A stretch of DNA of 64,000 nucleotides from Saccharofermentans sp. (GCA_045648465.1 JAZROA010000010.1:7317-71316), one strand, 5' to 3'; shown: positions 36,904 to 47,267, counted from the stretch's first letter. Translations and numbers: made by a program. The notes: generated by a model from the letters alone, not told the origin.

Positions 36904-38283
36904 TCAGAGTCCTCTCTCCTTCAGTCCATGCACTACGTTGATGTAGAATTCGCGGATGTCAAAGCCGTCGATGTTCTCACGGTTGAGGTCGATCATGTCG
37001 GCATGGGAGATGCCACGGAGGCCTTTGTTTGTGAGGAAGTGGTATTCGGAACCCCACTGGAAGGACTCTTCGCCGACGAGGCCGTCGTTGAAGCCGTCGA
37101 AATGCTTGACGAAGTGGTAGCTCATGTTGAGAGGGAACTTGCCGCTCGTGGCGTGGTTCAACTTGGAGCCGAAGCTCTGGGTGTAGATGCCGTTGAACTG
37201 TGACTGCATCGGAGCCATCTCGGCGTTAAGGCGTGCGACACCATCCTTGGTGAGGTCGGTGACGGCACTTATGAAGTCGGGATTTGTGTCGCCCAATGCT
37301 TTCGCGCCTTTGTTATATGCTGCGGCAACCGTGTTCTTGAGTTTCTCGGGCGCCTTGTTCATGAGGTACTCTGCAAATTCGCAGCCTCTGTGCGGTGTGT
37401 TGACCGTTGTGAGAGATGCGACATAAGGAGCCATGCCGAGCATCGTGATGCAGTATCTGGAGTCGAGGCCGCCCTTACTGTGGGCGATGATGTTGACCTT
37501 CTCTGCGCCCGTTGCCTCAATGACTTTTACGATGGCTTTTTTGATCTGGAGTGCACATGAAGGTACGTTGCCTGCTGATTCCTGGCCGCCGTAGAAGATG
37601 GTCGCACCGTTCTTGATGAGCTCGGCGGGAACACGGCCCCAGTAGTTTAAGTGCTCTGAATCTCTGAAGAAAACGCCGTGGACCATGAGGATGGGATATT
37701 TGGTCTTGCAGAGCTGCTCAGGGATCCTCGCTTCGTTGCGCCAGTATCTCTCGCTCTCCTCTCTTACTTCCCTGCCGGAGATCTTTACGATCAATGAGAG
37801 GACGAAGAGGTTTGCAACGGGGATCATACCGCAGAAGATTCCGAGCAGACGCTTGCTGATGCCGATCTGCTTGGATGTTAAGTAAACGATTATTATGCCG
37901 GTCCAGAAGAACAAGTTAAGAAGCACTATCGTGACGACTGCATAAGTGATTATCGCAGGCCAGCCCAGGTCTTCGTTGAAGAACAAAGAGACGATGAATG
38001 CCGGAACCACCACGAGCAGCGTGAACGGAAATACCGATAAGATCGTGGTGCCGTAAGAACATGTCTTGAGCCTTGCGCCTGCAATGCCTGAAGCGTAAAG
38101 GCCCGGAAATACAAATGCCAGAATGGCAAGCACGGCCGTCAGTGCGATGAAGAAATAACTGAACTCATAAAGGAACGTGCTAAGGCACGCTAAAGTTATA
38201 AAGATACCGTCAAAGATCTTGATGACAGGCCTTTGCTTATACATATTATCTGACCTCTTTTCGCCGGCGGACAAACCCGCCAT
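36904..38283 (-). CDS. Membrane-anchored triacylglycerol lipase / alpha-beta hydrolase
   Basis: Five N-terminal TM helices, then a lipase domain with AHSKGGLD (GxSxG-type elbow). The start could be the internal Met at 38244. Confidence 0.7.
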   Translation of the reverse strand: MAGLSAGEKRSDNMYKQRPVIKIFDGIFITLACLSTFLYEFSYFFIALTAVLAILAFVFPGLYASGIAGARLKTCSYGTTILSVFPFTLLVVVPAFIVSLFFNEDLGWPAIITYAVVTIVLLNLFFWTGIIIVYLTSKQIGISKRLLGIFCGMIPVANLFVLSLIVKISGREVREESERYWRNEARIPEQLCKTKYPILMVHGVFFRDSEHLNYWGRVPAELIKNGATIFYGGQESAGNVPSCALQIKKAIVKVIEATGAEKVNIIAHSKGGLDSRYCITMLGMAPYVASLTTVNTPHRGCEFAEYLMNKAPEKLKNTVAAAYNKGAKALGDTNPDFISAVTDLTKDGVARLNAEMAPMQSQFNGIYTQSFGSKLNHATSGKFPLNMSYHFVKHFDGFNDGLVGEESFQWGSEYHFLTNKGLRGISHADMIDLNRENIDGFDIREFYINVVHGLKERGL

Positions 38284-38366
38284 GCCATGAAATTATTCTA
38301 GCTATATATTACATCGGCACAACCCGGGTGTGGGTCATGCCGATGCGGATATTTTTATTTAATTAC

Positions 38367-39458
38367 TTACCAGCTTGCGGAGTTACCGAAGTTGTAGTCG
38401 TCATTGTAGTCACCCGTACCACCATAACGTTCCCTGTTACTTCTGTCCTGAATGTCGCGGATACGGTCTTCAGGTGAAGGTGTAGGAGTCGGTGTACCCT
38501 GGCCCTGGCCGCCGCCCGGTGTAGGTGTTGGTGTTCCTGTACCCTGACCGCCGGGAGTAGGTGTCGGAGTTCCCGTTCCTTCGCCGCCTGGTGTCGGGGT
38601 AGGTGTACCGTCGTTACCGCCCGGTGTAGGAGTAGGTGTCTCTCCTTCGCCACCAGGTGTAGGTGTGGGAGTCTCGCCCTCTCCGCCAGGCGTAGGAGTC
38701 GGAGTGCCGTCACCGGGAGTCGGTGTAGGAGTATCTTCTCCGCCGCCCGGTGTAGGTGTGGGAGTCTCCTGACCGCCCTGAGGCGTAGGTGTCGGTGTCT
38801 GTTCGCCGCCCTGGGGTGTAGGCGTAGGCGACTGGTCCTGGCCCTGCGGTGTAGGTGTCGGAGTTTCCGTTGCATCTGCATCCGGCTTGGGTGAAGGTGT
38901 CGGCGTAGCCGTGCCGTTCTCCGGATTCGGAGTAGGCGTTGCCGTAGGTGTCGGCGTCGGCGGATTCTCGTACTGGTTCTTCAGATCCTCGATAAACTGG
39001 TTGATCTCGTTATAGAGTTTCTGAGCTGCGTAGTAGTGTCCGTCGTTATTCTCTGTAGCGCAGTCGTTCTCTGCGAGGATGCTCTTGGCTGTCTCACAGA
39101 TCTCGATTACGTCCTTGTAGTTATCCTCGTTAATGTCATCGACATCGATGGGTGTTACGTAAGACAGAGCGTAGTTGACTCTGATCTTGCAGTCGTAAGG
39201 TTCGTCAGGTCTTAAGTTAAGAGCGAGCTGATATTCCTGCTTAGCCTTCTGATAGTCGCCCAGCTGATAGAAAACATTACCCTTGTTGAAGTGGTTGATG
39301 TAAGGCTGGGTGAAGCCCAAGAAGCCTAATTCATTCTGCTGGTACACACCCTGGCCGTAATTCTCGATCATCTTTCTGTTGCCGACATAGTTGACGACAA
39401 GGATGCCGAGGAATGAGGCTGTGAGGATCCAGATTGCAATAGCTATTTTCTTTACCAT
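38367..39458 (-). CDS. TPR protein with a long Pro/Thr-rich repeat tail (BatC-like member of the MoxR/VWA operon)
   Basis: N-terminal TM helix, TPR unit GNVFYQLGDYQKAKQEYQLALNLRP, then ~160 aa of TPTPTPGG-type repeats. Confidence 0.75.
   Translation of the reverse strand: MVKKIAIAIWILTASFLGILVVNYVGNRKMIENYGQGVYQQNELGFLGFTQPYINHFNKGNVFYQLGDYQKAKQEYQLALNLRPDEPYDCKIRVNYALSYVTPIDVDDINEDNYKDVIEICETAKSILAENDCATENNDGHYYAAQKLYNEINQFIEDLKNQYENPPTPTPTATPTPNPENGTATPTPSPKPDADATETPTPTPQGQDQSPTPTPQGGEQTPTPTPQGGQETPTPTPGGGEDTPTPTPGDGTPTPTPGGEGETPTPTPGGEGETPTPTPGGNDGTPTPTPGGEGTGTPTPTPGGQGTGTPTPTPGGGQGQGTPTPTPSPEDRIRDIQDRSNRERYGGTGDYNDDYNFGNSASW
38472..38963 (-). repeat. Coding tandem repeat, ~12-13 codon period (TPTPTPGGxGx)
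   Basis: About 14 units such as GGEGETPTPTPGG (two identical adjacent copies). GC-rich. Confidence 0.85.
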
Positions 39459-39461
39459 GCG

Positions 39462-40415
39462 TCAGGCCCTCCTTTTCACGCTTATGAATTCATAAGCTAC
39501 TAATGCTGCGAGCGGATAAACGAACCAGAAGTAAACGTCTGCATAGCCGTACTTCGTCGTCTCTTCCTCTTCCGCGTCGAGAAGACCCATTACATCATCG
39601 AGAACCGGATCGATATCCTCGGAATCATACATGTGGACATAGGTAAGACCCATATCGTCAGCAAGCTGCTCGAGGTTATCTTCATCGATATATGAGATAG
39701 CGGGCTCGTAAGGATAAGATCTCTTATCTTCAACGAGGACTACTTCCTCATAGAGTTCGTCGTAGTAATGCATCTGGCCGCCCTTGTCAGTGCCGTAGCC
39801 CATGACTGCACCGCCCTCGATGCCGTCTGCGATGTCTGCGAAGGAATCGAGTGTGTTCTTGTCCGTATTCTCACCGTCAGTGATGAAGAATACGACTACG
39901 TGGCCGTCGCCTAAGATCGTTGCGTTGTCGATCATCTGGCCAAGGAGCTTCTTGGAGACGTTAATGTTCGTACCCGTTGCGTGATAATCTGCAAGCGGAT
40001 AGATCGAGTTAACGGCAGACTTGATGTATGCGGTATCGTCCGTGAAAGGAGCGATCAGGTTTACATCGTTGTTGAAGTCGATAAGGCAGAACTTGGCGCC
40101 TACCATCTTCTCGGTGATGTATTCGACGTCGGCCTTAACACCGTTCATACGGGGCTCTGAGCCGTTGTAGTCTTCAGCCATCATGCTGAGCGTGTCGTCG
40201 ATTACGATGATGCAGTAGCAGTTAAGCTTCTGTCTCATTACTTTTACTTCATCTGATACGTACATGGGTCTTAAGTTGATCGCGAAAAGGAGCAGTACGA
40301 TGAGGCACTGTCTGACATAAGGGATTATGCCTTTTCTCTTGATCGCCAAAAGACCAATGCTGATTATGACCATTAACCAGATGGGAATCATAGGTTCAAA
40401 AGTTAATTTATCCAT
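39462..40415 (-). CDS. VWA-domain membrane protein (BatB-like)
   Basis: TM helices at both ends. MIDAS VIDDTLSM, then ITDGE. Confidence 0.75.
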   Translation of the reverse strand: MDKLTFEPMIPIWLMVIISIGLLAIKRKGIIPYVRQCLIVLLLFAINLRPMYVSDEVKVMRQKLNCYCIIVIDDTLSMMAEDYNGSEPRMNGVKADVEYITEKMVGAKFCLIDFNNDVNLIAPFTDDTAYIKSAVNSIYPLADYHATGTNINVSKKLLGQMIDNATILGDGHVVVFFITDGENTDKNTLDSFADIADGIEGGAVMGYGTDKGGQMHYYDELYEEVVLVEDKRSYPYEPAISYIDEDNLEQLADDMGLTYVHMYDSEDIDPVLDDVMGLLDAEEEETTKYGYADVYFWFVYPLAALVAYEFISVKRRA

Positions 40416-40419
40416 CTGT

Positions 40420-41454
40420 TTACACCTTCAATATAAATGCTACGAGGAGCATAAGACTAAGTGAGAGAAGCAGGAATCTGAAAACCTTTTCCGGCGTCTC
40501 ATTCTCGATTATCTCGTACTGTGTGTCGTCGAGTGTTGCGATCTGCGATCTGATGTCGTCAACGATATTCTCAACGATATTGCTGTCTTCACCGTAGTAG
40601 AACGTTCCGCCAGTACCTTCGACAACATCCTTCATCATCTTACGGTCAGCGTCGACCATCTTCTCAGTACCAACACCGAAAACTACGATGTCTCTGTCCT
40701 GGCACATCTGTCCTGCTTCAGGAAGTGTGATGATCTCTTCGCCCAAAAGTTCGTTATCCGTTGAGAGGATGATTACTCTCGTACGGTCGGGCTTTTCTTC
40801 GTAGTCGTAGAAGTCGAGGCATGCTGCTGCAAGACCGTCGCCGATGATGGAAGAACCTCTCTCCTCGTTATCTACGAGCGTACCGTTACTGATGTATGCG
40901 TCCATCTCATAGAGCTTGTCTGAGAAAAGGATCTTGCCGTTCATGTAATCGAGTCTCATCTTGAGACCTTCCTTGACCTTGTCCAGGACTTCGATGATGT
41001 AGTTGTAATCGTTTGTCAAAGGGCAGAGAAGGACCGGAGACGAGTTGAAGATAACGATGCCGAATCTCTCGCCGTTAAGTTCTCTTACTACGTCTTCAAG
41101 CTTGTCGATGAGCTCTGCGTTCAAATTGTCGCATGTTGTGGAGATATCCATGCAGAGCATGATGTCTCTGTTGTAGTTTGCGAGCTGCTTGGACTCTGTC
41201 TTGTAAGGTCTTGCCATGAGGAAGCCTGACAGAAGGATGCTCGTGATGATGAGCACGATAAGAACATACTTAAGGATTACGTGCCAGACGAGTCTTGTCT
41301 TAAACATAGAGTCGTTCTTGAGGTAATCCGGCAGATATGTCTTCTTGCCGCCCTTATACTTTCTCTTCATTCTGAACGTGATGAACATGACGATAAGGAA
41401 TACCGCTGCCACACCCGCACAGATATATAAAGCTATTGGATTCTTCAGTTCCAT
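40420..41454 (-). CDS. VWA-domain membrane protein (BatA-like)
   Basis: TM helices at both ends. MIDAS-like LCMDISTT, then LSTDNE. Confidence 0.7.
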   Translation of the reverse strand: MELKNPIALYICAGVAAVFLIVMFITFRMKRKYKGGKKTYLPDYLKNDSMFKTRLVWHVILKYVLIVLIITSILLSGFLMARPYKTESKQLANYNRDIMLCMDISTTCDNLNAELIDKLEDVVRELNGERFGIVIFNSSPVLLCPLTNDYNYIIEVLDKVKEGLKMRLDYMNGKILFSDKLYEMDAYISNGTLVDNEERGSSIIGDGLAAACLDFYDYEEKPDRTRVIILSTDNELLGEEIITLPEAGQMCQDRDIVVFGVGTEKMVDADRKMMKDVVEGTGGTFYYGEDSNIVENIVDDIRSQIATLDDTQYEIIENETPEKVFRFLLLSLSLMLLVAFILKV

Positions 41455-41939
41455 TCAGACACTAATCTCCTTGACTTTGCCAAATGATCCCTAACGTCAC
41501 CTTCCGAAATCTGGTCGAACTCCGGCTGATAGTATTCGCCGACGAGCTTTGCAAGACCCTTATACTCGGTTGCGTTGATCTCGTACAATGCGAACTTGTC
41601 AACTTCAGTACCTGTAGCCCTGTAAACAAAGTCTCTTACGACACGGCTCATGCCCTCGTAAGCAGGTCTGACCTTCGTGGTATCCTCGTTAAACTTAGCC
41701 TCAATGCCGTCAAGCAATGCAAGATACTCGGCCTTGAGCTTCGTCATGTCGGGTTTTACGAAAACTTTTTGCTCAATAACTTCCTCAGCCTGCTTCTGCT
41801 TGAGCTCCATGTTCTTCAGGATCGTGTAAAGGAACATGAGGATTATCGCTACGGTGAGTACGGCAAGTACACCTCCCGTAATGATTATCGGAAGTTGTGA
41901 GAAATCAAATAATCTTCTTAAGTTTATCGTCGTTTCCAT
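41445..41939 (-). CDS. Single-pass membrane protein of the Bat-like operon (hypothetical)
   Basis: One TM helix. Overlaps its neighbours in the operon. Confidence 0.6.
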   Translation of the reverse strand: METTINLRRLFDFSQLPIIITGGVLAVLTVAIILMFLYTILKNMELKQKQAEEVIEQKVFVKPDMTKLKAEYLALLDGIEAKFNEDTTKVRPAYEGMSRVVRDFVYRATGTEVDKFALYEINATEYKGLAKLVGEYYQPEFDQISEGDVRDHLAKSRRLVSEWN

Positions 41940-41957
41940 AACTCTTGTTTCTATCTT

Positions 41958-42839
41958 TTAGTTGACTGATTTATTCTTTTCGAGAAGCTCTGCGATCTTG
42001 CTGTCGACTCTTGTCGCAGTATCGACGCAGACATACGGTATGCCGTATCTGTTGAGCTTCTTCTCAGCCTGCTTCTCCAGGTCTTCCATTACCTTTTTCT
42101 GCTTCTTCTGCAAAGCCTTGCTCTGCGCGAGGAACGGCGGGAGGTAAGTCTGGTTTTCAACGTTATATACCTTCTTGCCGAAGATATCGGTGTCACTGAC
42201 CTTGATGAGAAGGCAGTCGTGAACCATTGTGATCTGGCCTAAGAGGTTTTCCTTGAGGTTGCAGACACCCTCAGTGTCAGTAACCATTACCACGATCATG
42301 CGCCTCTTGATGTTGTGCATGATGTAGTTCAGGATTCCGTTCAGGTCAGACTTGTTGGTCTGTGTAAGGCATTTAGCGTAGCCTTCGAGAAGGAATTCGA
42401 GATTGAGGAATCCCGTCTTGAAAGGGGATCTCTCCATATTCTCGTCGTGATAGTAAAGTCCGCTTACATAATCGCCGTTGTCGGTAACCATGTATCCCAG
42501 AGTACCGCCGGCCATAAGGGCAACTTCACCCTTATCCTCACCTGTCTTGGTGTGGCCGAGCATCCTGTGGTTGGCGTCCATTACCAGCATGATGTTGTGC
42601 TTCTTCTCGGCAATATAAGATCTGATAAGTACTTTCTGGCTTCTTGACGTTGCCTTCCAGTCGATATCCTTGATATCGTCACCGGGCACATACTCACGGA
42701 GCTCGTCGAAATTCATACTCCTGCCCTTATAGATGGAGTTGTATGAACCGTCGAGAACTCTGCTCGTCGTCTTATCCGTAGCTATCGTCTTATAACGCTT
42801 AAGCCCGAATTTAATTTTCGAGACGTAGTCTAAGTTCAT
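41958..42839 (-). CDS. DUF58 family protein
   Basis: YVPGDDIKDIDWKATSRS signature. Follows MoxR with a 4 nt overlap. Confidence 0.8.
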   Translation of the reverse strand: MNLDYVSKIKFGLKRYKTIATDKTTSRVLDGSYNSIYKGRSMNFDELREYVPGDDIKDIDWKATSRSQKVLIRSYIAEKKHNIMLVMDANHRMLGHTKTGEDKGEVALMAGGTLGYMVTDNGDYVSGLYYHDENMERSPFKTGFLNLEFLLEGYAKCLTQTNKSDLNGILNYIMHNIKRRMIVVMVTDTEGVCNLKENLLGQITMVHDCLLIKVSDTDIFGKKVYNVENQTYLPPFLAQSKALQKKQKKVMEDLEKQAEKKLNRYGIPYVCVDTATRVDSKIAELLEKNKSVN

Positions 42840-43831
42840 GGAGTAACGATTGCTCCGACAATTGCATCAACGATGGTTTCTTCCTTTACGCCGTCAGCGA
42901 TGGCAGCGAAGTTAAGCATGATTCTGTGACGCATAACTTCATGTCTCATTGCCTTAACGTCGTCAGGTGTTACATAAGCTCTGCCCTGGATGAGAGCAAC
43001 AGCCTTGGATACTTCCATGAATGCGATAGCCGCACGAGTGGAAGAACCCATTGCAATGTAGTTTGCAAGGTTGGGTGAAATGTACTTTGCAGGATCACGT
43101 GTAGCCTGAACGATATCAACAATGTATTTCTTGATAGCCGGTGAGATGTAAACCTTCTTGCACAGACCCTGTAAGAACTCGATGTCCTCGATCGTAACGA
43201 CAGCCTTGGAAGATGTGAATACATCGCCCTCGATCCTGTTGAGGATCTCGACCTCGTCCTTAACGTTAGGATATGTAATTACTTCCTTAAGAAGGAATCT
43301 GTCCTGCTGAGCCTCGGAAAGTTCATAAGTACCTTCCTGCTCGATCGGGTTCTGTGTAGCGATAACGATGAATACCGGAGGGAGCTTGAATGTCTGTCCG
43401 CCGATACTTACCGATCTCTCCTGCATGGCTTCGAGCATGGCGCTCTGTGTCTTAGCTGATGAACGGTTGATCTCGTCCAAGAGCAGGAAGTTAGCGTAAA
43501 CAGGTCCGATCTTTGTCTCGAACGTGTTGTTAGTCATGTTAAATGTCTGCGTACCGATGATGTCGGAAGGCAGAAGGTCAGGCGTACACTGAACTCTCGA
43601 GAAGGATCCGCCGACTGCCTCAGTCATAACCTTTGCAGCGGTTGTCTTCGCAAGACCAGGTACGGACTCGAGCAGGATGTGGCCGTTCGCGATCATGGAA
43701 ACCAGGAGCGAAACGCCAAGCTGTGACTGACCTACGATCTTGGAATTGTAGTAAGTCCTGATGTTGTTGATGATCGAATTGGCTCTGGCGAGCTCATCAA
43801 CATTGATGTTCATTACGAGTTGTTCAGCCAT
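42836..43831 (-). CDS. MoxR-family AAA+ ATPase
   Basis: Walker A ESVPGLAKTT, Walker B LLLDEINR, 331 aa. Confidence 0.9.
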   Translation of the reverse strand: MAEQLVMNINVDELARANSIINNIRTYYNSKIVGQSQLGVSLLVSMIANGHILLESVPGLAKTTAAKVMTEAVGGSFSRVQCTPDLLPSDIIGTQTFNMTNNTFETKIGPVYANFLLLDEINRSSAKTQSAMLEAMQERSVSIGGQTFKLPPVFIVIATQNPIEQEGTYELSEAQQDRFLLKEVITYPNVKDEVEILNRIEGDVFTSSKAVVTIEDIEFLQGLCKKVYISPAIKKYIVDIVQATRDPAKYISPNLANYIAMGSSTRAAIAFMEVSKAVALIQGRAYVTPDDVKAMRHEVMRHRIMLNFAAIADGVKEETIVDAIVGAIVTP

Positions 43832-44280
43832 AAAAACCTCTCATTCTTTGCGCTTTGACCGCCCTTTAACGGCCCGCGCTTTTTAACCGTAAAAATATTT
43901 TGACTTGCCTATTATACTATCTAAAGGCGCAATTTTAGAAGAATTTTGTAAGAATGCTTCATTTTTGCGCCATTTTCGTGGTATTTCCCATTTTGTTTAG
44001 TTTCCTTTCTAATGTTTTCACACTATTTGTACAGATGAGATGAGGGAAATGTTGCAGTAGTTCGAAAAATTTTTTGCGGGCAGCATAAGGCCCGCATTTA
44101 CGGGTTCTTTTGGGGTCCATGGGGATTCTTTTTGAAGCCCCGGTGCTCCGGAGGACACGTTTTGGGGGTAAATCGTGTCCTTTTTAAGCACTTCGAAATA
44201 CTGTGCCGTTAGTGTCTAATTTTCCATGGAATATATCCCATAAGAAATTAGACGTTTGAGCGGGCATGTTTTTACGTAAC

Positions 44281-44428
44281 TATCGATACTGTTCGCAACC
44301 CGCCTGAACACCCAAAACAGATCAGCCGGCTGCAGTCAAGGCCGTTAGCATTCGTCAGAATGTGACGAAGTCAGCCTTGACGGCTAAAAGGCTGATCTGT
44401 ACAAAAACTCTGGCGGGTTGCGATAGAT
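44281..44428 (-). repeat. ~150 nt multi-stem palindromic element, copy 2 (inverted relative to copy 1)
   Basis: Its reverse complement aligns with 326-477 at about 90% identity. The apical hairpin differs by a compensated base pair. Confidence 0.85.
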
Positions 44429-44500
44429 TAGATTGGTTGCCAGTGCAACATTCCTGCGTATATATCTGTATTTAAGACAAGAGCATACGCAAGGGGGATA

Positions 44501-45595
44501 TTGCATATGAATAGAAAAAGGTTCATTTCCGGGTTGCTGGCTGCGGCAGTGCTTATGGGCGCCGCAGCTTGCGACAGGAATGCGGGAAGGGATTTGCCCA
44601 CTGACACAAGTGAGGATATCGCAGGCGCGGAAGATACCGCTGCCACTGACGGCACGATCAAGGTGACGCTCGCTGAAACCGGTTCCGCAGAAACAGATGC
44701 AGACGCGACTGACGCCGCGACAGTAGACATCGATATTGATGTCACCACTGCCGGCCTGCCCGCTCCGACAGCCGAATACGATCCGATTGTTTTCATGTAC
44801 ACATACACGAACATGGCGTGGGGCTATGACTCAAGGTGCATGCTGGTAACGGCAAGCGGCGAGGTATATGTTTTCAGCGACAGTCCGGTGGTATCCATGA
44901 TGCATAACGGACGCGATATCGAGCTGGAATATCTGAAGGAATACTCAGAGCCGGCATGGCTCCTTGACCGTGAAGACATCGAAGAACTCTATGATGTCTG
45001 CTGCGAAGTCGCTCCTGACGTTGAGACAGATAAGGTACATGTAGCTTACGATTGCGGTGAATACAGGTTCACCTGCATTGAGCAGGAGACCGGACGTGAG
45101 ATTACGGTTTTCATTGACGGCGATTACAGAATGGAGACTGATGACCCTACTCTGAAGAAAGCACAGGGACTTTCAGAAAAGCTCCTGAGCAGCATCGGCG
45201 GCCCACGCAAGGATATTAAGCTTAATCTTTATTCTCATTGCATCAGTGCGCCTTATGGCGGCACGGAACTTATCGGAACGCATGTGGTTTTCGACAGCTT
45301 TGACAAGCTCGTGGAATATTGCGAAGAAAACGGAATAGAGCTTGATGTAGATGCGGCAAGGGAACAGCTTGAAGAGGCGTCTTACATCATGCTGCAGGTT
45401 TTCGATACGGACCAGAGACTGAGCGGCGCACTGATCACGGGCGACAAAGTGCTGCAGCTCCTGCCTTCGCTCGAAGCGTTTGAATATGACCCTGCTTATG
45501 ACGGCAAGGTCGGTGTTGGAATTTGGAGATTTGAGGGTTTCGAGGAAGGCCGCTACGTTGACGAGAACGGCGACCCGTGGGTCTTGTACGGATAA
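44501..45595 (+). CDS. Lipoprotein (hypothetical, 364 aa)
   Basis: Signal peptide plus lipobox GAAAC and an acidic low-complexity linker. Confidence 0.6.
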   Translation: MHMNRKRFISGLLAAAVLMGAAACDRNAGRDLPTDTSEDIAGAEDTAATDGTIKVTLAETGSAETDADATDAATVDIDIDVTTAGLPAPTAEYDPIVFMYTYTNMAWGYDSRCMLVTASGEVYVFSDSPVVSMMHNGRDIELEYLKEYSEPAWLLDREDIEELYDVCCEVAPDVETDKVHVAYDCGEYRFTCIEQETGREITVFIDGDYRMETDDPTLKKAQGLSEKLLSSIGGPRKDIKLNLYSHCISAPYGGTELIGTHVVFDSFDKLVEYCEENGIELDVDAAREQLEEASYIMLQVFDTDQRLSGALITGDKVLQLLPSLEAFEYDPAYDGKVGVGIWRFEGFEEGRYVDENGDPWVLYG

Positions 45596-45598
45596 GAA

Positions 45599-47149
45599 TT
45601 ACTCCGCGCCCTGCTCTACCAGTTCCTCGTGCTCTTTCTGGATCTTCTCATCGTATGAGAGCATCGGCTTTACGTCCGTCTTGTTCCTGATGCGGCGGGC
45701 AACGTAGTTGTCGGTGAGCTTCATGACCAGAGGGCAGAGCGAGATGACGCCGATGAGGTTAGGGATCATCATGAGACCGTTGAAGGTGTCGGAGATGTCC
45801 CATGCGAGTGAGCTTTCCATGACGGCACCGAAAATGATCATTAAAACGAAGATAACTTTGTAGACCTTTGCGGCAATGGTGCCTACGGAGCCGAAGAGGT
45901 ATTCGATAGCCTTGCTGCCGTAGTGCGACCAGCCGAGGACGGTCGTGAATGCGAAGAGCAGGATCGCTACGGCGATGAACCATTCGCCTCCGATACCGAA
46001 TACGTTGCTGAAAGATTTGGCCACGAGAGTTGCGTCCTCAACGCCTTCTTTTACAAGGCCCGTCTCAAGGTCGATGTAGCCTGAAGTGAGGACGACGAGA
46101 GCTGTCATAGTGCAGACGACGAATGTGTCTGCGAAAACTTCGAAGATACCCCACATGCCCTGCTTGACGGGTTCCTTAACGTCAGAATTCGAATGGACCA
46201 TGACGGATGAACCGAGGCCGGCTTCGTTGGAGAAGACGCCGCGCTTGCAGCCCTGGGTGATAACCTGCTTGATGGCGATTCCTGCAGCTGCGCCGGCAAC
46301 TGCCTTGATGCCGAATGCGAACTTGAAGATCGCGCCGAATGCGGCAGGAAGTGATGCGAAGTTTAAGACAACGAGGGCGATTGCACCGACGATGTATGCG
46401 ATCGCCATGAAAGGAACGACCTTCTCTGCGACTGCTGCGATCCACTTAAGGCCGCCTATTATGATGATGCCTGCGCCGATCATGAGGAAGACGCCGATCG
46501 CAAGAGGCACTACCCTGACAGAGCCGTCCAATATTGCCAGTTCTTTTAAATTCTGAGGGAAGAATGCTGATTCGAGATTTAACGTGATCTTGTTGATCTG
46601 ACCCATGTTGCCGATACCAAAAGATGCGAGCGTCGCAAAGATCGCAAACAGGATGGCAAGAATCTTACCGATGTGTTTGCAGCCCTTGTAGTTTCCGAGG
46701 CCGTCCTGGAGGTAGTACATTGCGCCGCCGGACCATTCGCCTTCGTTGTTCTTGCGTCTGTAGAAGATACCGAGAATGTTCTCGGAATAGTTTGTCATCA
46801 TGCCGAAGAATGCAGCGACCCACATCCAGAACACAGCGCCCGGGCCGCCCAAGCAGATAGCGGCAGAGACGCCTGCGATGTTACCCGTACCGATCGTTGC
46901 TGCCAATGCCGTGCAGAGAGCCTGAAACTGGGAAACGGATCCCTTCTCTTTTTTGTTATGGCTCTTCTTGTCGAACACGCCGCCGCCTGTCTTTTTCCAC
47001 CAGTGTCCTGCGTGGGTGATCTGGAAGAATTTGGTTACGACAGTCATCAAGATGCCCGTTCCGATCAGAAGGAAAAGGCCGATCTTGACCCATACGAAAG
47101 AATTTACTGCATCGTTGATGTTCGCAAGGCTGGTAAGAAAATCGCTCAT
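45599..47149 (-). CDS. Alanine/glycine:cation symporter (AGCS family)
   Basis: GTGNIAGV motif and ~11 TM helices. GGAGAG RBS before the ATG at 47149. Confidence 0.85.
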   Translation of the reverse strand: MSDFLTSLANINDAVNSFVWVKIGLFLLIGTGILMTVVTKFFQITHAGHWWKKTGGGVFDKKSHNKKEKGSVSQFQALCTALAATIGTGNIAGVSAAICLGGPGAVFWMWVAAFFGMMTNYSENILGIFYRRKNNEGEWSGGAMYYLQDGLGNYKGCKHIGKILAILFAIFATLASFGIGNMGQINKITLNLESAFFPQNLKELAILDGSVRVVPLAIGVFLMIGAGIIIIGGLKWIAAVAEKVVPFMAIAYIVGAIALVVLNFASLPAAFGAIFKFAFGIKAVAGAAAGIAIKQVITQGCKRGVFSNEAGLGSSVMVHSNSDVKEPVKQGMWGIFEVFADTFVVCTMTALVVLTSGYIDLETGLVKEGVEDATLVAKSFSNVFGIGGEWFIAVAILLFAFTTVLGWSHYGSKAIEYLFGSVGTIAAKVYKVIFVLMIIFGAVMESSLAWDISDTFNGLMMIPNLIGVISLCPLVMKLTDNYVARRIRNKTDVKPMLSYDEKIQKEHEELVEQGAE

Positions 47150-47191
47150 AAATAAAGGGCTCTCCAAAAATCTGATGTTAGAAAAATACAC

Positions 47192-47233
47192 AAGAAAAAG
47201 CGTGTTATCAAGGGTTTTGACCCTGTAAACACG
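47192..47233 (-). terminator. Rho-independent terminator after the cyclase gene
   Basis: GCGTGTTTACAGGGT-N-ACCCTTGATAACACGC followed by TTTTT (minus strand). Confidence 0.75.
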
Positions 47234-47267
47234 CGAAAAGCCTTTATCTGTTATAAAATCTTAATAT

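Noticed and set aside
38363-38881. 172 aa Arg/His/Leu-rich ORF
   Set aside because: It is an alternative frame of the GC-rich TPTPTP coding repeat of gene 38367-39458. Its extreme composition, lack of an RBS and complete overlap all argue against it.
47150-47267. Possible glycine riboswitch upstream of the alanine/glycine symporter (a GGAGAG motif is present)
   Set aside because: Only ~45 nt lie between the upstream terminator hairpin and the start codon, too short for a glycine aptamer. The GGAGAG is better explained as the RBS.
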